A DNA stretch of 62,864 bases, filler included, from Rhabdomonas costata (taxonomy: Eukaryota): assembly GCA_019059605.1 (NCBI GenBank). It is 51 parts of 51 records of this genome, joined end to end, with 100 filler letters (N's around TTAATTAATTAA, not from the genome) between each part and the next. Parts side by side here need not be neighbours in the genome. Positions count along the whole stretch, not along the records: positions 49,385 to 50,519 come from JAHMHO010026904.1; positions 50,620 to 51,754 come from JAHMHO010026905.1; positions 51,855 to 52,989 come from JAHMHO010026906.1; positions 53,090 to 54,224 come from JAHMHO010026907.1; positions 54,325 to 55,458 come from JAHMHO010026908.1; positions 55,559 to 56,694 come from JAHMHO010026909.1; positions 56,795 to 57,928 come from JAHMHO010026910.1; positions 58,029 to 59,162 come from JAHMHO010026911.1; 43 more parts are not named here. One strand, given 5' to 3'. Shown piece by piece: positions 49,462 through 61,913 of this stretch. The notes below the pieces were generated by a model. The model was given only the letters and a program-made list of their open reading frames with translations, ran no database searches and was not told where the DNA came from. The stretch's first letter is position 1; every line of letters starts with the position of its first letter. A program made the translations under genes and the position numbers.

Positions 49462-50512
49462 GCTCAGACAGTCCGGTTCTGCGACTTCTCTCTGGTTGGA
49501 GAGCCCCTGATGTACCCCCACATCAACCAACTGGTGCAAGAGATGCATGCCCGCCGCGTCTGCACCATCATGTACACCAACGGGATGGTGCGGCCCTCCA
49601 TTTTCATCACACCCCTCAGTGGAGTTTTCTCCCTCCCTCACCTCCAGGATCGCTTTGCTGTTCCTTGATACCTTGGTGATTGTTGATGCCTGTGCAGCCA
49701 TTGGTCAGAGTGACATGGAATCCCCACTCCTGGCTGCGGGCTTTCGGCGACACATGTTCCTTTTTTTCTCAGTATCCTCAGGCTTTGCAACGGCTCTGCC
49801 CAGTGACGCAGTGTGTGCTCACTGTGGTGGCCCCCGACGCGGTCCAGATGAAGACCGTCACAAGGCCGCTGTTCGATGACTTCTGGGAGCGGTATGTGTT
49901 GGGAATTGGCTCCCTACCCATCATTGCTAATTGCTACGTTGGGTACCCAAAGGCAATTTCCGATGTGGGTGCTCTCGTTTCGAAGATTTTACGCGGCGGT
50001 ATGCCTCATATTTGTGAATTTGAATTTTTCTCGGTCGCCTTTCTTCGGTTTTGCCCCGATCCTTTTTTGTTTTTATATACTCAAGAAAGTTAAGACAGTT
50101 CAGAAAGTAGTTCTGTCAAGAGGTAGGGAAATAGAAACGTAGCATGCCAATTTGATCCGAGCGCCGTTAAACCATGTGCTTGGTTTGATTTTTCTATTTT
50201 ATAAACGTGACCGTTTGTTGTTAAGATTGGGTTCAGTCAGATGCGTGTCAGCGAAACTGTCTTGAATGGGGACTTTGGGGGGCTGAGGCCCCCATGTTAT
50301 GAATGTCTTGTTGGGGCGCTTTGCAGAGCCCTCTATCCCCTCGCCCATTTCAGAATAGTCATTCTTAGAATAGCGTCCACGTGTATTTGAACTCCGCGTC
50401 TTGGGTACTGTGTGAGGATCCCTTCCTGTTCAGGTTCATGGCGAGTGTGGACGCCCTTGCCGCAATGCCCCACCGAACCTCCATTCGGGTTGTAGTGATC
50501 AAGAACATCAAC
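49462..50512 (+). CDS. TYW1: TYW1-like radical SAM wybutosine-synthesis enzyme, three exons (49462-49587, 49773-49891, 50434-~50512)
   Basis: VRFCDFSLVGEPLMYPHIN...TNGM|YPQAL...VTQ...RPLFDDFWER|FMASVDAL...RTSIRVVVIKNIN is colinear with TYW1; both introns GT-AG and in frame. Confidence 0.88.
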
Positions 50513-52651
50513 AACCAACNNNNNNNNNNNNNNNNNNNNNNNNNNNNNNNNNNNNNNNNNNNNTTAATTAATTAANNNNNNNNNNNNNNNNNNNNNNNNN
50601 NNNNNNNNNNNNNNNNNNNGAAGCTACTTACCGAGAATCACGAAAAGCTCGAAGTTTTCTCCAGGGAGGCAGGCCAGTTAATCACAAGTAAGAATCGGAA
50701 GTTTCTCGAAGAGCATCATAAACGATGGCAACAGCAAACGTAAGAGAAGGCCACACTTTTGACAGCAGCACTCCGTTGCGCACCTGAGTTCACGGATCGA
50801 TTTTTTCGTACGAGTCAAAGAAGTTAACCAGCTTATCCAATTCACAATGTGAACCAGATGGCCGGTCATCATTTCCAGCATCGTGACACACAAGTACACC
50901 GGACAGCTTGCCAATCAGGTTTTCGACAGCCCTTCCAAGGAAGGGGGTATGGTCGCGGCTAAAGCCGTAGAGGTGGCCGCGGTTGGATGTCAGGTAGAAT
51001 GATCCGAGTCCAGAAACCACACAACACAACGTATCAACCTGTAAATCAACCAATGGAGTTGGGCCCACCCTCCGGTAAGTGGTCAGGACACAGACTCTGC
51101 CGGTCGTGGCAACGGACTGGGTCCCCACCGAGACGCTGGTCATATCAGGACGTCGCATGCTCCAACTGCAGACGGAAGTGACACTTCGCAAATAATTGCC
51201 ATCTGAAACGACAGCTGGAGGATGCAGCGCCTACGCAGTCAAGACAGGAGTGGCAGCAGGAAGCACCCACGCCACACCCAAATGCGGTGGCGGTAGCGCA
51301 GTGAGGGAGTCCAGCCATGTCGCCACAACAACGGCCGCCCCCCATTCCCAACACCCCCCACATTCACAAGCACTACATCGACCTCATCCATCATTCCCAC
51401 AACCCAAATCCACGCCGCAGTGTTTTTTGTTCTCTCGTTATGTTCCTCGTTTACATAGAAAAACCTGTTCACACGTGCATGCTTCACTTCGCAAAATGGA
51501 GCCGAACCGCTCGGCTTCGTTTTTTCGGTCACTAATTCGATGGAAGAAGTTTGAGATGTTGGAGTAGTGGAATTATGGTGACCCCCCGTATCAAGTATAT
51601 TTGGTGACTCATCTAGGAATACTGAAAGAACGTGTGGTACTGGTCATGCCAGTCACTCGTCGTAGTGTTTGTCCATGCGGAATGTGATTAAGGCGTCTGG
51701 CGGTTTATGTCATCTCGCGGAGGTATGCGAGACGTGGGAACCAGTGCTTAAGTGNNNNNNNNNNNNNNNNNNNNNNNNNNNNNNNNNNNNNNNNNNNNTT
51801 AATTAATTAANNNNNNNNNNNNNNNNNNNNNNNNNNNNNNNNNNNNNNNNNNNNGGCCTTGAGAAACCTGGAAGTCAAGCGTGGAGAGCAGCGACCAGTT
51901 CGGAGCCTCAGCCATTGCCATTCCGGCCACCACCACCTCCGCTCTCTTCTCGGGAGATCTCCTCCCTCGGGATGGCAACGAGACGGAGGAAACAAAAAAG
52001 AGCAGTACTGCCTCAAGAGTTTCAAAAACACAACAATGGACACCAACCTTGGTTCATGTTAGGTTCAGGGTTAGAGAGGAAGCCGGAAGCGGGCATTGCT
52101 TCAGTTTCAAACATGACCCATCTCACAGCAACCATACAAGCAGGCCAACAATCACAAGCCGCTTGAGATCAGAGCATTCATCTTTTTAATGAGGTTCGAA
52201 AAAAAAAATGGACCGGCAACGCCACCTCCCTCGATCCCCAAAACTCAATAGCCACAGCTGCATCGAGTGATTTATTACTCTAGCATTCCATTCCCTTTTT
52301 GCTGCGGTGAGATCACATTGAGTACGCAGGGCAGTGCTCCCCACAGTGAACACACGTGGCTGAGCTTTGCTACAGTGCACAGTAAACAGGGCCCTCATAG
52401 CCCCAGTCGCATGGCATTCACAGAAGAAAGCGACCACCTCTTTTGATACACAGCGGCAAAACGTCGTATATAGCAACTCCATCACAACAGAATATACTGG
52501 TATGCATAAGGTTCGACGTCAATCCAATCCCTCCCAATTCTTACAGACCATGACCTCACCACAAACATCGGAAATTTCCCTTCAAAACCTTATATTGCAT
52601 TTCACTCTCCAAATATTCGTCCAACAAGTCCCATCCGCGGGTTCCGAACGC

Positions 52652-52913
52652 TCAAAACAGCCCCAGGATCTTCTCGTCGTGGTCAAAGTCAATATCGATT
52701 CCGTAGAACGCGGGACGGGTGGGCAGGCCTGGCATGGTGGACATCTCACCCAGCAGAGGGTACACAAACCCCGCGCCGGCGCAAACCCGAACATCCCGAA
52801 TGGGCACCACGAAGCCCGTCGGAGCACCCTTCAGCTCAGGGTCATGGCTGAAGCTGTACTGCGTCTTCGCCATGCACACTGGGAACTTCCCGAACCCCAT
52901 TTCCTCAAACTGC
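52652..52913 (-). CDS. fhs: Formate-tetrahydrofolate ligase domain, last exon
   Basis: [15 protein letters not shown]...[24 protein letters not shown]...ILGLF stop; acceptor CACAG|. Confidence 0.96.
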
Positions 52914-53089
52914 CTGTGCACGGTGAGGGAACCGAGACAAGTTCCTCCACATATACACGGTTTGCCATGGGCATCCCATCCTCCAACAANNNNNNNNNNN
53001 NNNNNNNNNNNNNNNNNNNNNNNNNNNNNNNNNTTAATTAATTAANNNNNNNNNNNNNNNNNNNNNNNNNNNNNNNNNNNNNNNNNNNN

Positions 53090-54046
53090 GCGGCGATGTG
53101 CTACCGGCCTCGCTGCGGGACTCACTGCCCGTCTCCGAGTCTGTGGTGCTGATTTCCCACTCCAGGGCAGAGACGTGGTCCAGGGGCTGAGTGCATGCCT
53201 GCGTGATTCGGACAAGCTCATGCAGAGCCCGTACGCAATACACCACAAGGGTGGTGCGGTCGGCACGGAGCTTGGAAACGTCCTCCAACATGGCGTCTGA
53301 AATGTTCGAAAAGCGGAGAGGGGGCATCCACAGATACAAGGATTGCCTTAGGTGAAGGGGATGCAACGCGGCTGCAGTAACATGGCAGCGTTCGAATGCC
53401 TAATCTACCAAGCAAGCTGGTGTTTATGGTGGGATTTTCTCTGACTGCCCCTCCCCCGTCAGATAGGGCTAGAGACCTGCGTAAGCATTTGAGATGAGCC
53501 TGAGATTACAGCCGCCGTGTGGTGGGTGCGTGGGGGCTCGGGGGTTTAGCTTCCGTGTTTGCGAGTTTGGAGGCCACTGAACGAATGAGGTGTACCAAGA
53601 CGTCCCCCGAAAAATGGTAATAACGTGAGACGGTCTAAAACAGCGAAGACGATGAACAAGGTGATGTTTGTGGTCGAGGTGGAAGTGGCAGCCCCCTCCT
53701 TCCCGCACCTCTCTCGTACAGAACAATCACCACCACCGTCAGCAGCCCCACCAGGGCGTCCACTCGGTTGCTGCACAGCCCCCAGAAGTCCAGCCACCGG
53801 CAGCCATACGACAGCAGCCGCAGCCCCAACTCGGCCAACGTCAGCCCGGCCACCCCCACCGCCGTGCCGTGCAGCACGGCAAATGGGAGGGCCTCCCACC
53901 GCCTCCACAGCACCACGGAGAGCACGCACAGGCTGCCCAGCATGGCCAAGTGGTATAGGAGCTGAAGGTATAGCCCCAGCGGGGAGAAGCACGTCGCAAT
54001 GACGCAGTTCTCCATGCTGCGGCACATCTCTAACTCGCTCTCGCAC
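53090..54046 (-). CDS. Voltage-sensor-like membrane protein, exons ~53710-54046 and ~53090-53349
   Basis: Hydrophobic segments with AELGLRLLSYG (S2-like) and SNRVDALVGLL (S3-like); donor GAG|GTGCGG. Confidence 0.5.
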
Positions 54047-54618
54047 TCTAACTCTCGTTTAAGATCAACCAAGACGCCGAGAAAAGCTTGTGAATCCTTT
54101 ACAGGGCAGGCATGGCAGGCGAGAACAGAAGCACCACACTCCTCACGCCGTCCCACGGGTCGCCCAGTCCAGCCCACCTCTGGCCCAAAAAAAGAGGTCA
54201 GAGCAGGAACAAGAAAAAAACACANNNNNNNNNNNNNNNNNNNNNNNNNNNNNNNNNNNNNNNNNNNNTTAATTAATTAANNNNNNNNNNNNNNNNNNNN
54301 NNNNNNNNNNNNNNNNNNNNNNNNGTGGTGGTGTATGCTGCTGTCATCAATTGGCGGGAAGTACCCATCCAGCTCTCGTTTCAAGCAAGGGGATCACGAC
54401 ACAGCGACCCCAAATATGCATGGGGGTCAACTTCCGGCCAATTGATGACAGCAGCATACAGCGACAGTCACCGACTCAATTGCAATGCTTTGCTCGCATC
54501 ACATGAGAACATCAGCCTCCGAGGCTCGAATGCAACGAAACAACCCGCAAAGGGCACACGAAGAACCAGCAAGCGCGGATGAAGAAGAGGGATGCTATGT
54601 GCAAATTAAAAGATGCAC

Positions 54619-55071
54619 CTCCGTTGGTGCCGGAGCAAGCGGCGGCGGATTGCTCTCAGGTGGAGGTGGCGCCTGCGCAGGAACGTGCTCAATCTGCCCA
54701 AGACACGCGATAAACGTCAGCTGCTTTAGGTGGGTTCTCCTCGAAAGCATCACGCCTGACTAAAATGCAAATCAAATCTCCACCGGTCGTATTCATACGA
54801 CCACCTCAGTCACACAGGGCTCTGGCCGCACAGACGTTTACAAGAGAGCTGTGGAGATTTATGCTAAAATGCTCCCAAAGACTACAATGGTAGTGGATTG
54901 CACAAAGATGTCCGCGCACGTGCTGCTCCGGTGGGAAAGGCGGGTGAAACGGGCGGAAACCAGCGATGGTGAGACCTGTGTTGGGGGTTGCACCGGCGCT
55001 GGCGGCGGAGTAGACTGCGACGGATTGCTTTCAGGTGGAGATGGCACCTGGGCAGGAACGTGTGCGAACCG
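54619..55071 (-). CDS. Proline-rich protein with two duplicated phase-0 exons (54976-55071, 54619-54693)
   Basis: RFAHVPAQVPSPPESNPSQSTPPPAPVQPPTQ and IEHVPAQAPPPPESNPPPLAPAPTE, each bounded by CAG and GT. Confidence 0.75.
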
Positions 55072-56397
55072 CTGAAGAGGCGCGAAATTGATCAGGATCT
55101 TTCACGCTACACATCCTAGCCTGTTTGCACATCTCCGCATACGAGGATCCCCATTTCACCATTGACTGCGGACCCAGGGCCCTCTCATTGGGTAGAGACC
55201 TCATCAGAGCCCATCGCAGCGTGTGCCGTCTCTAAGTTCCGGATTTCCAGAAGGCGACTGCAGCCATAACAGCCATCGTACAGCACCAACACTTCAGAAC
55301 AAACGGGCACACTCGTGATCGTCTCCTTCCTGGTAAGCAATAATGGGCTACGGCCTGAAACGATCGCTCACCATCACCACAAACCTCAGCTTCCGGTGCG
55401 GCCTCAAACGTGGCCAGCTCCTCATCCTTGACGTAGTGACCCCCAAAACCCTAACACANNNNNNNNNNNNNNNNNNNNNNNNNNNNNNNNNNNNNNNNNN
55501 NNTTAATTAATTAANNNNNNNNNNNNNNNNNNNNNNNNNNNNNNNNNNNNNNNNNNNNGGGGTGTGTTGTCATAGGGAAAGAATTTAAATGGCGTGCGAC
55601 TCTTTTCCTCTGTGGTGTTCGCTGCGGGAGGGGGCGCGTCTGGGTTGTTCTTTGCATGTGCCTGTCGGTGGGATGCAGCGTACCACACCAGTGCCTCTGT
55701 TCCGTGGTCCCTCGCCCGCGATGAGTTCGTGGAGTGCTTCACTGAGGCAGGGTTTGTCCTTGCCGTTTTTCACCACAGCCGTCGCTTCCTCTAAATCGAA
55801 AGCTCCTTTTTGTGAGTTTTTTCGTGCCCTCTCCTCCGATTCTGCACCACGATTGTGCCCGTGGCCCTGGGTCAGACTTTCCTTCTCAGCAACCTTCTGT
55901 TTTCTGAGTAGCAAAAACGGTGGTGGAGATCTGGGATCTGGGATGAAGGGATGGAAAATGAAAAGCAGGGTACAAGACTCATGGTGAATAATCGGGATTC
56001 CGTTTCTAACCAATCAAACCACCCAGAGATTCAAAAGCCGCGAATTGAGATTTCTCGGTGTTCTCCACCGTGGAGCCGAGGTAGACATCGGCGGAGAGGG
56101 GGCGGTGGCTGAAGGCCGGTAGGCCTCGGGGTTCCCGCGGCTGTGGCGGGCCCGTATTGATATTGCGTTTAACTTCTCCTCTTGGTTTTTTTAGGGGGCG
56201 TCAGGTTTGATTTCTTATTTTTTTTTCTAACTTTTGATCTTCGAGTGCAGAAGATCTCTTCGCAGGGCGAGGTGTGGCTCCGGTTGGGCAGCAGCATTTT
56301 ATATTTGACTTAGGGACCGTTGTTACTGTTTGTTGGTGTGAATGTCTGTGCGATGAAAAAGCGGAAAAGAAACACACACACACACACACACGGAGAG

Positions 56398-56694
56398 CAT
56401 CCGAAAGAAAAGGTCCAAGGGGCGTTCCCGCGAGAAAAGACCCCAGCCCCCCAAGGAAGGAGTGTGGAATCGCAGAGACCTGAGCCGCAATGGAGCAATG
56501 CAGGTAGCCGGTGGAAAAGAGCAGCTGCGCGACAATGGCCCGGGACCCGTGGGGCAGAAGGGAGGTTACCAGATGTGGAACGTTCGGTGGTGAGCCGATT
56601 TCGGTTCCCCACGGCACCGTTCGCTCCAACGGCACCTCTCGCGAGCACCCGTGGCCAACAGCGCGTGCGCCAGTCAGTCCCCAGTGGTCACCAC
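56398..56694. repeat. Dispersed repeat family A copy, with (CA)10 at 56372-56391
   Basis: Near-identical to 40364-40637 and 30873-30923. Confidence 0.95.
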
Positions 56695-59600
56695 NNNNNN
56701 NNNNNNNNNNNNNNNNNNNNNNNNNNNNNNNNNNNNNNTTAATTAATTAANNNNNNNNNNNNNNNNNNNNNNNNNNNNNNNNNNNNNNNNNNNNGGTTTT
56801 GTGGCGCTGTTGGCGCGATTCAAACCCCGCGCTAGTTCCGTTTATGTATTATTTATGTCTTATATGCATATGTCTCCTGCCTTAGTGGGGCATACCTCAC
56901 TGTTTTGTTTTTTGACATATTAGTAAACGGTCGTTAATTTATAGGCTTTTGAAACGACTATAACTATGGTCCCTCGGCGTTACCTCAAAAGCAAGCGGTG
57001 GGATCAGAAATATAAGAAATATAATACGGAGTCCGATAAATCCCATTTCTCAACACCCGTTTTGGCTTCGAAGTCCGAAAATACCTAATTTAAATGCACT
57101 TTACAATTTAGTTCAAATGCACTTTCAGTTGAAGTGACAATACAATGGGGTCGCGCAAAGGAGAGTATTCGAACAGGGGCGGCTGCAAAGTTGTGTTCAC
57201 TCCCTCCACCCCTGCAATATCCTCACGGAACCCTCTCAGGCACCATAATCAGCTGGTCACCTTGGCCAAGGCCTGGACAGTGGCTCTGCTGACCAATCGT
57301 ACGCACCGCTTTTGCCGCTCACTCGTGTGGGTCGGTTCTTGGCGGAGCGACACACTCACTCTCACTCACTTACTCGCTCACACCCTACCGTACCTGTTCT
57401 ATCACTGAGCGGATGCCCGCAAGGGCAAAACCATTGCGAAAAGGGTCCGAAATTGGTATTCCTCCCATCTTATTTTGGGGGCGGTAGAGTAATCTGTATG
57501 CTCGGTTGGAAGGGGTTGGCAGCCCTGAAGCCTATCTGTAGAAATCCCAACCCAAGGCTTCGGAGTCAAATGCATTTGGTCGCAGAGATTTTTGCTCTCA
57601 GTCCTTGCTTAAAGACATGGGCATCGCTGAGCGGCGCCAAGAGTGGAAGGAAGAGTTGGTGTGGGGCCGCGACCGGCAAAAAAAGCATGCGGCTCGTTTC
57701 GATGAGCACCGCAAGAGTACCGTTTGTACGCAAACTGCAACAGTACCCAAACTGTCTGTCCCCCGTCCCTCTCTGGATCTTTCCGACTTTCACTTTTCTG
57801 CCTGCGAGCGAATGAAAGGGGTGCCGGGGGATTCACCCCGTTTCCTCTGTTGTGTCTTCTACCCTCCCTTCCCAGACTGCGATGTGTCCTCTCCAAAGAC
57901 CCTCCAACCTCCCTCATGGTTCACCTTTNNNNNNNNNNNNNNNNNNNNNNNNNNNNNNNNNNNNNNNNNNNNTTAATTAATTAANNNNNNNNNNNNNNNN
58001 NNNNNNNNNNNNNNNNNNNNNNNNNNNNTTTTTTTTTCCCGGAGACCTAAACAGGGAGAAAAAAAGAAAAAAAAACGAAGAGTTCTGCGCGCGGGGGGTG
58101 TCTTCCTTTGGGTTCCCCCTTGCGAACCCCTCCCTGAGCAAAAAATCAGACTGGGCCAACTGGGCCAAGGTGTGTGAGGTCTTTAAAATATAGCTCGCAT
58201 GAGTGTGGGAACAAACTCTACTGCCCGAAGTGTTATTTTTATTGGAGGGGGGGGCAGCATCCGATACACGCTTTACACTCGCCCGCCACGTGCAGATCAC
58301 AGAGTTCACGCATCGAGCACAGCCAGCTCAGCAGCCTAGGCGCTCCGTTTTTCCTCGGTGAGTAGGTGCTGAGGGGTATACGATTGGCTACGCAGGAGGG
58401 AGCCGATCACCACCTGACTTTTCATTTAAGTTTCCTTTCAACCACCCAAACATGGCTTCCGCTTTTCAGTGTGTATGTGCTCTGCCTCCCCCACAAATCT
58501 GCCAATGGAGTCTGAGGGAGGGTGCATGACGCGGGTGTTCGGCTGAGGCCGCGCCGCTGCTGTGTTCGAAGGAAATCCACCCCAGGGCCTCCTGAGCAGC
58601 GAATGTTGCCAAGGGCGGGGGGGGGGGCTAGGCAGCACTCAGTCGCTCACCCCCGTTTGCAGTTCGCCCGTCTTCCCCCATTTTCGGGGTAACCCCTGCC
58701 GATTGGTGTGCAGGTCCGGAGGCCGACAGAGGAGCTTAGAGTGGTCCACGCGGCTAACGCCACCGCACTGGTCTTACACAAAAACCATCTAACCATCTAA
58801 CCATCTAAGATTACTTTATTATATTGCTCGCGCCACCATAAAAGTCAAAGTTCTTGATATGTACCCTGAATGAAACTTTTCTTCATACAGGCGGTGCTTT
58901 TGTATAAAAAAGTGCACTTTAATTTCTGTTGAATTGTTGCATCTGAGCAGGACAGTTGTTGGTTACAGGTGTCTGCGCAACGGCGCACTGAGAAAGCAAC
59001 ATCAGGACATAATATTCTTTGATGGCACGCTACTTTATGGGGTGTTTCAGGGATTTTTCATGCTTTTTCAGGCATTTAAGGAACTTCATGGGTGTAATTG
59101 AATCTCGCCTTTGAGTGACCAGTTTTTTTTTACAGAATTACCTTTTTGACTGCAAAAAAAAANNNNNNNNNNNNNNNNNNNNNNNNNNNNNNNNNNNNNN
59201 NNNNNNTTAATTAATTAANNNNNNNNNNNNNNNNNNNNNNNNNNNNNNNNNNNNNNNNNNNNCACAGAGACACAACTCTGAGCCATTGGGATGGACGAGG
59301 ACGTCGACAAATGGACGAAAAACATGCGCTGCTTATTTGCAGGTTGGGGCCCGCTTACCTCCCCCCCTCCCGTCACACACAAATGTAAGTTTTTGATGTG
59401 ACGTTTTATCAATTTGAGAGCAAAAGCGTTCAGCTGTAAAGAGGCAACAGATCTGAGGCTCAAGAGCTGAGATTTCAATATGAAAGATCTTTGTAATGAT
59501 ATGAACTTTGGGAGGATAAAAGTGTGTGACAATGGAGCGTTTAAAAAACAAACGCCTTGGAGAAAGAAGAAAGTGAAGAGCGCAGGTATCGAGTACGGCA

Positions 59601-61730
59601 TGGCTTGATGACCACGCGGTTGGTAAGCAAGCTGTGGACGGATAGTTTGATGATTAGCGGCGGACGTTTTAGAGAGGGAGTTTTCGAGGAGTCCTGGAGC
59701 AGCCACTGATTGCAGTGGAGGGCAGCGTAACAAGGAGAAGCAGACAAAGTGCTGTTTGAGACCTATGGGCCACTGCAGCGCCAACACAAGCGGGAAACCA
59801 AGGCATTGCAGAGCAGAGTGACAGCTGGAGACCAGGGATGATCCAAAGCAGCTAATGATGACGTCTCTGTCAGAGGTAAGCGCAAATGAAAAGAAGCAAA
59901 GAATAGAAGATAAAGCAGAGAAGGCAAGTTGCAGGACAAAGTTGTGGAAGAGTCCCATTGCAGAGTCGAAAGAGGATAAGTTAGAAGAGCAATGCGGAGG
60001 ACTGATGGTGAATGTACAGAACGTTGATCTAAGGCAGTGGACTCCAGCAAAGAAGAGAGTATGGCGAGACGAGCAGGACAGGAGGCCTGAGTATCGCAGC
60101 TAGGCGGCTGTATGGATCTACACCCTTGGATCTGATATTGTTGCTGTCCATGTTATCCAATATGTCCACCATTACATTCTTCATGCGACCAATGTTGTAT
60201 GCCACCGTTACAATATCTTGGAGCTCTTGTTAAATACTGTGGAATTCGTTAATGACAGCATATATTCGGTTCACCACCTCGCGTTCTCTGCATGCTCGGC
60301 CTGCTCGGAGGTTTCTGCCTTTGAACGCCATTAAAAAGTGGATTTAAGGCCACTTTTTCACGCCATGGCGCCACAGCTGCACCATGATCCAGAGGANNNN
60401 NNNNNNNNNNNNNNNNNNNNNNNNNNNNNNNNNNNNNNNNTTAATTAATTAANNNNNNNNNNNNNNNNNNNNNNNNNNNNNNNNNNNNNNNNNNNNGTGG
60501 GTTGGTGGTTCTTTCTCTCAGCGCATTCCGGTTTTTTTGTTCTTTTTTCTTCCCGGTCTCAACCACTTTCTCTTCAGTTTCTGCCTGATCTGCAGCGTGG
60601 CTCCTTGTACAAATGCCTGGATTGTGCCGGTCGGAGACTGGATGGGGAAAGGCGTACTTTTCACGTGCCTTTTCCCTCGGCAGTCAAAGCTTGAAGTGCG
60701 TGTTGCTCGCATTGCTGCGGGACTTTTTTCTGCACCCTGGGGGTGCATAGTGCGTCGTTGCCGTCGTAGCCGTCGACATGGGTACATACCCGACCGAAGT
60801 GTCATCACTTACCCTGGGCCAACTTGCCTTTTTTCAGGGTCCTTGTGTGGCATTTTATCATTCTTCCACTTCCAATCATATGGCCCTTCTTTTTGTGTTA
60901 CACGACCGGAACCCTTCTCGCTCCGCACCGCTCCGGGGTTTCCCTGCTTCACCACTTCGGGGTTTCCAGGCGTTCTGGTCCGAAGTTATTCTTTTTCCAA
61001 CAACCGTGGACTTCGTTGTCAGGGTGTTTCACTTGTGTTCTTGTTCAGCACTGCTGGCCCGTTTTTCACATGCATGGTTTGCAAAGGGTCAAGTGGTGCC
61101 CAACCTCTTCTCATTTCTTCTCTGTATCTCAACCCCGCTCACCCCTGTGAGACGTTTTTGTCACCAACAACAACAGAACACCGTCCCCTCCTTTGATTAT
61201 TCTTATCTTCCAGCTCATCCCATTCACTTTGCTCCGCTGCCCCATTCACGCTTCAACGCTTTCCCCCTCTTCAGCCTTTTTCTCGTTCATGGCGGGTGCA
61301 TTGGAGAGCTCTGCGTCGCGGCCATGTCTTCTTCAACTTCGTGTCTTTGAAGCTGAGCTGGGACGGCTCCTTTGCCACCAATGTGGCCCGTCATCACTGC
61401 TGGTGGTTGCATTCGTCCCTCCCCCATTTTCTGGCTCTGACGCCGTTGTTTCCGTGCCTTTCCTTTCCGCGATTTGTCTGAGCTTCAGGGGAATCTTCAG
61501 TGGCTGGCAGTGTGCTGGCATAATAGGGGCTGGAGGTTGTCCAGCCCGGACTCGGAAGGGAATGGTCCCCCGCACCGCACCGGTGATGTTGAGCTCATTT
61601 GTGGGTCAAGTGGATCTGCCCCCCCACCACNNNNNNNNNNNNNNNNNNNNNNNNNNNNNNNNNNNNNNNNNNNNTTAATTAATTAANNNNNNNNNNNNNN
61701 NNNNNNNNNNNNNNNNNNNNNNNNNNNNNN

Positions 61731-61913
61731 TTGTTGTTGGGGCTTCCAGAGGAAGAGCAGGATGAGCAAGGAGCGCTTGCAGCGAGAGAATCGGCGCCGC
61801 CCGGGCTGGCAGCACTGCTGCCATCCTCAGCTTGGGGAGCAGAAGGAGCAGAAGATGACGATGACGAGGACGATGACGAGGACGCGTCTCCCGCAGAGTC
61901 CTCTCCTGGGAAG
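61731..61913 (+). CDS. Acidic low-complexity exon of an unknown protein
   Basis: EEEQDEQ...EDDDDEDDDED...SPGK followed by donor AAG|GTAAGA. Confidence 0.5.

Noticed and set aside
59215-61350. Long ORFs at 59215-59958 and 60537-61350
   Set aside because: No recognisable motifs; probably chance or antisense frames of decayed sequence.
1136-61730. Regularly spaced TTAATTAATTAA, resembling a CRISPR-like or periodic array
   Set aside because: Embedded in N runs; synthetic joining linker.
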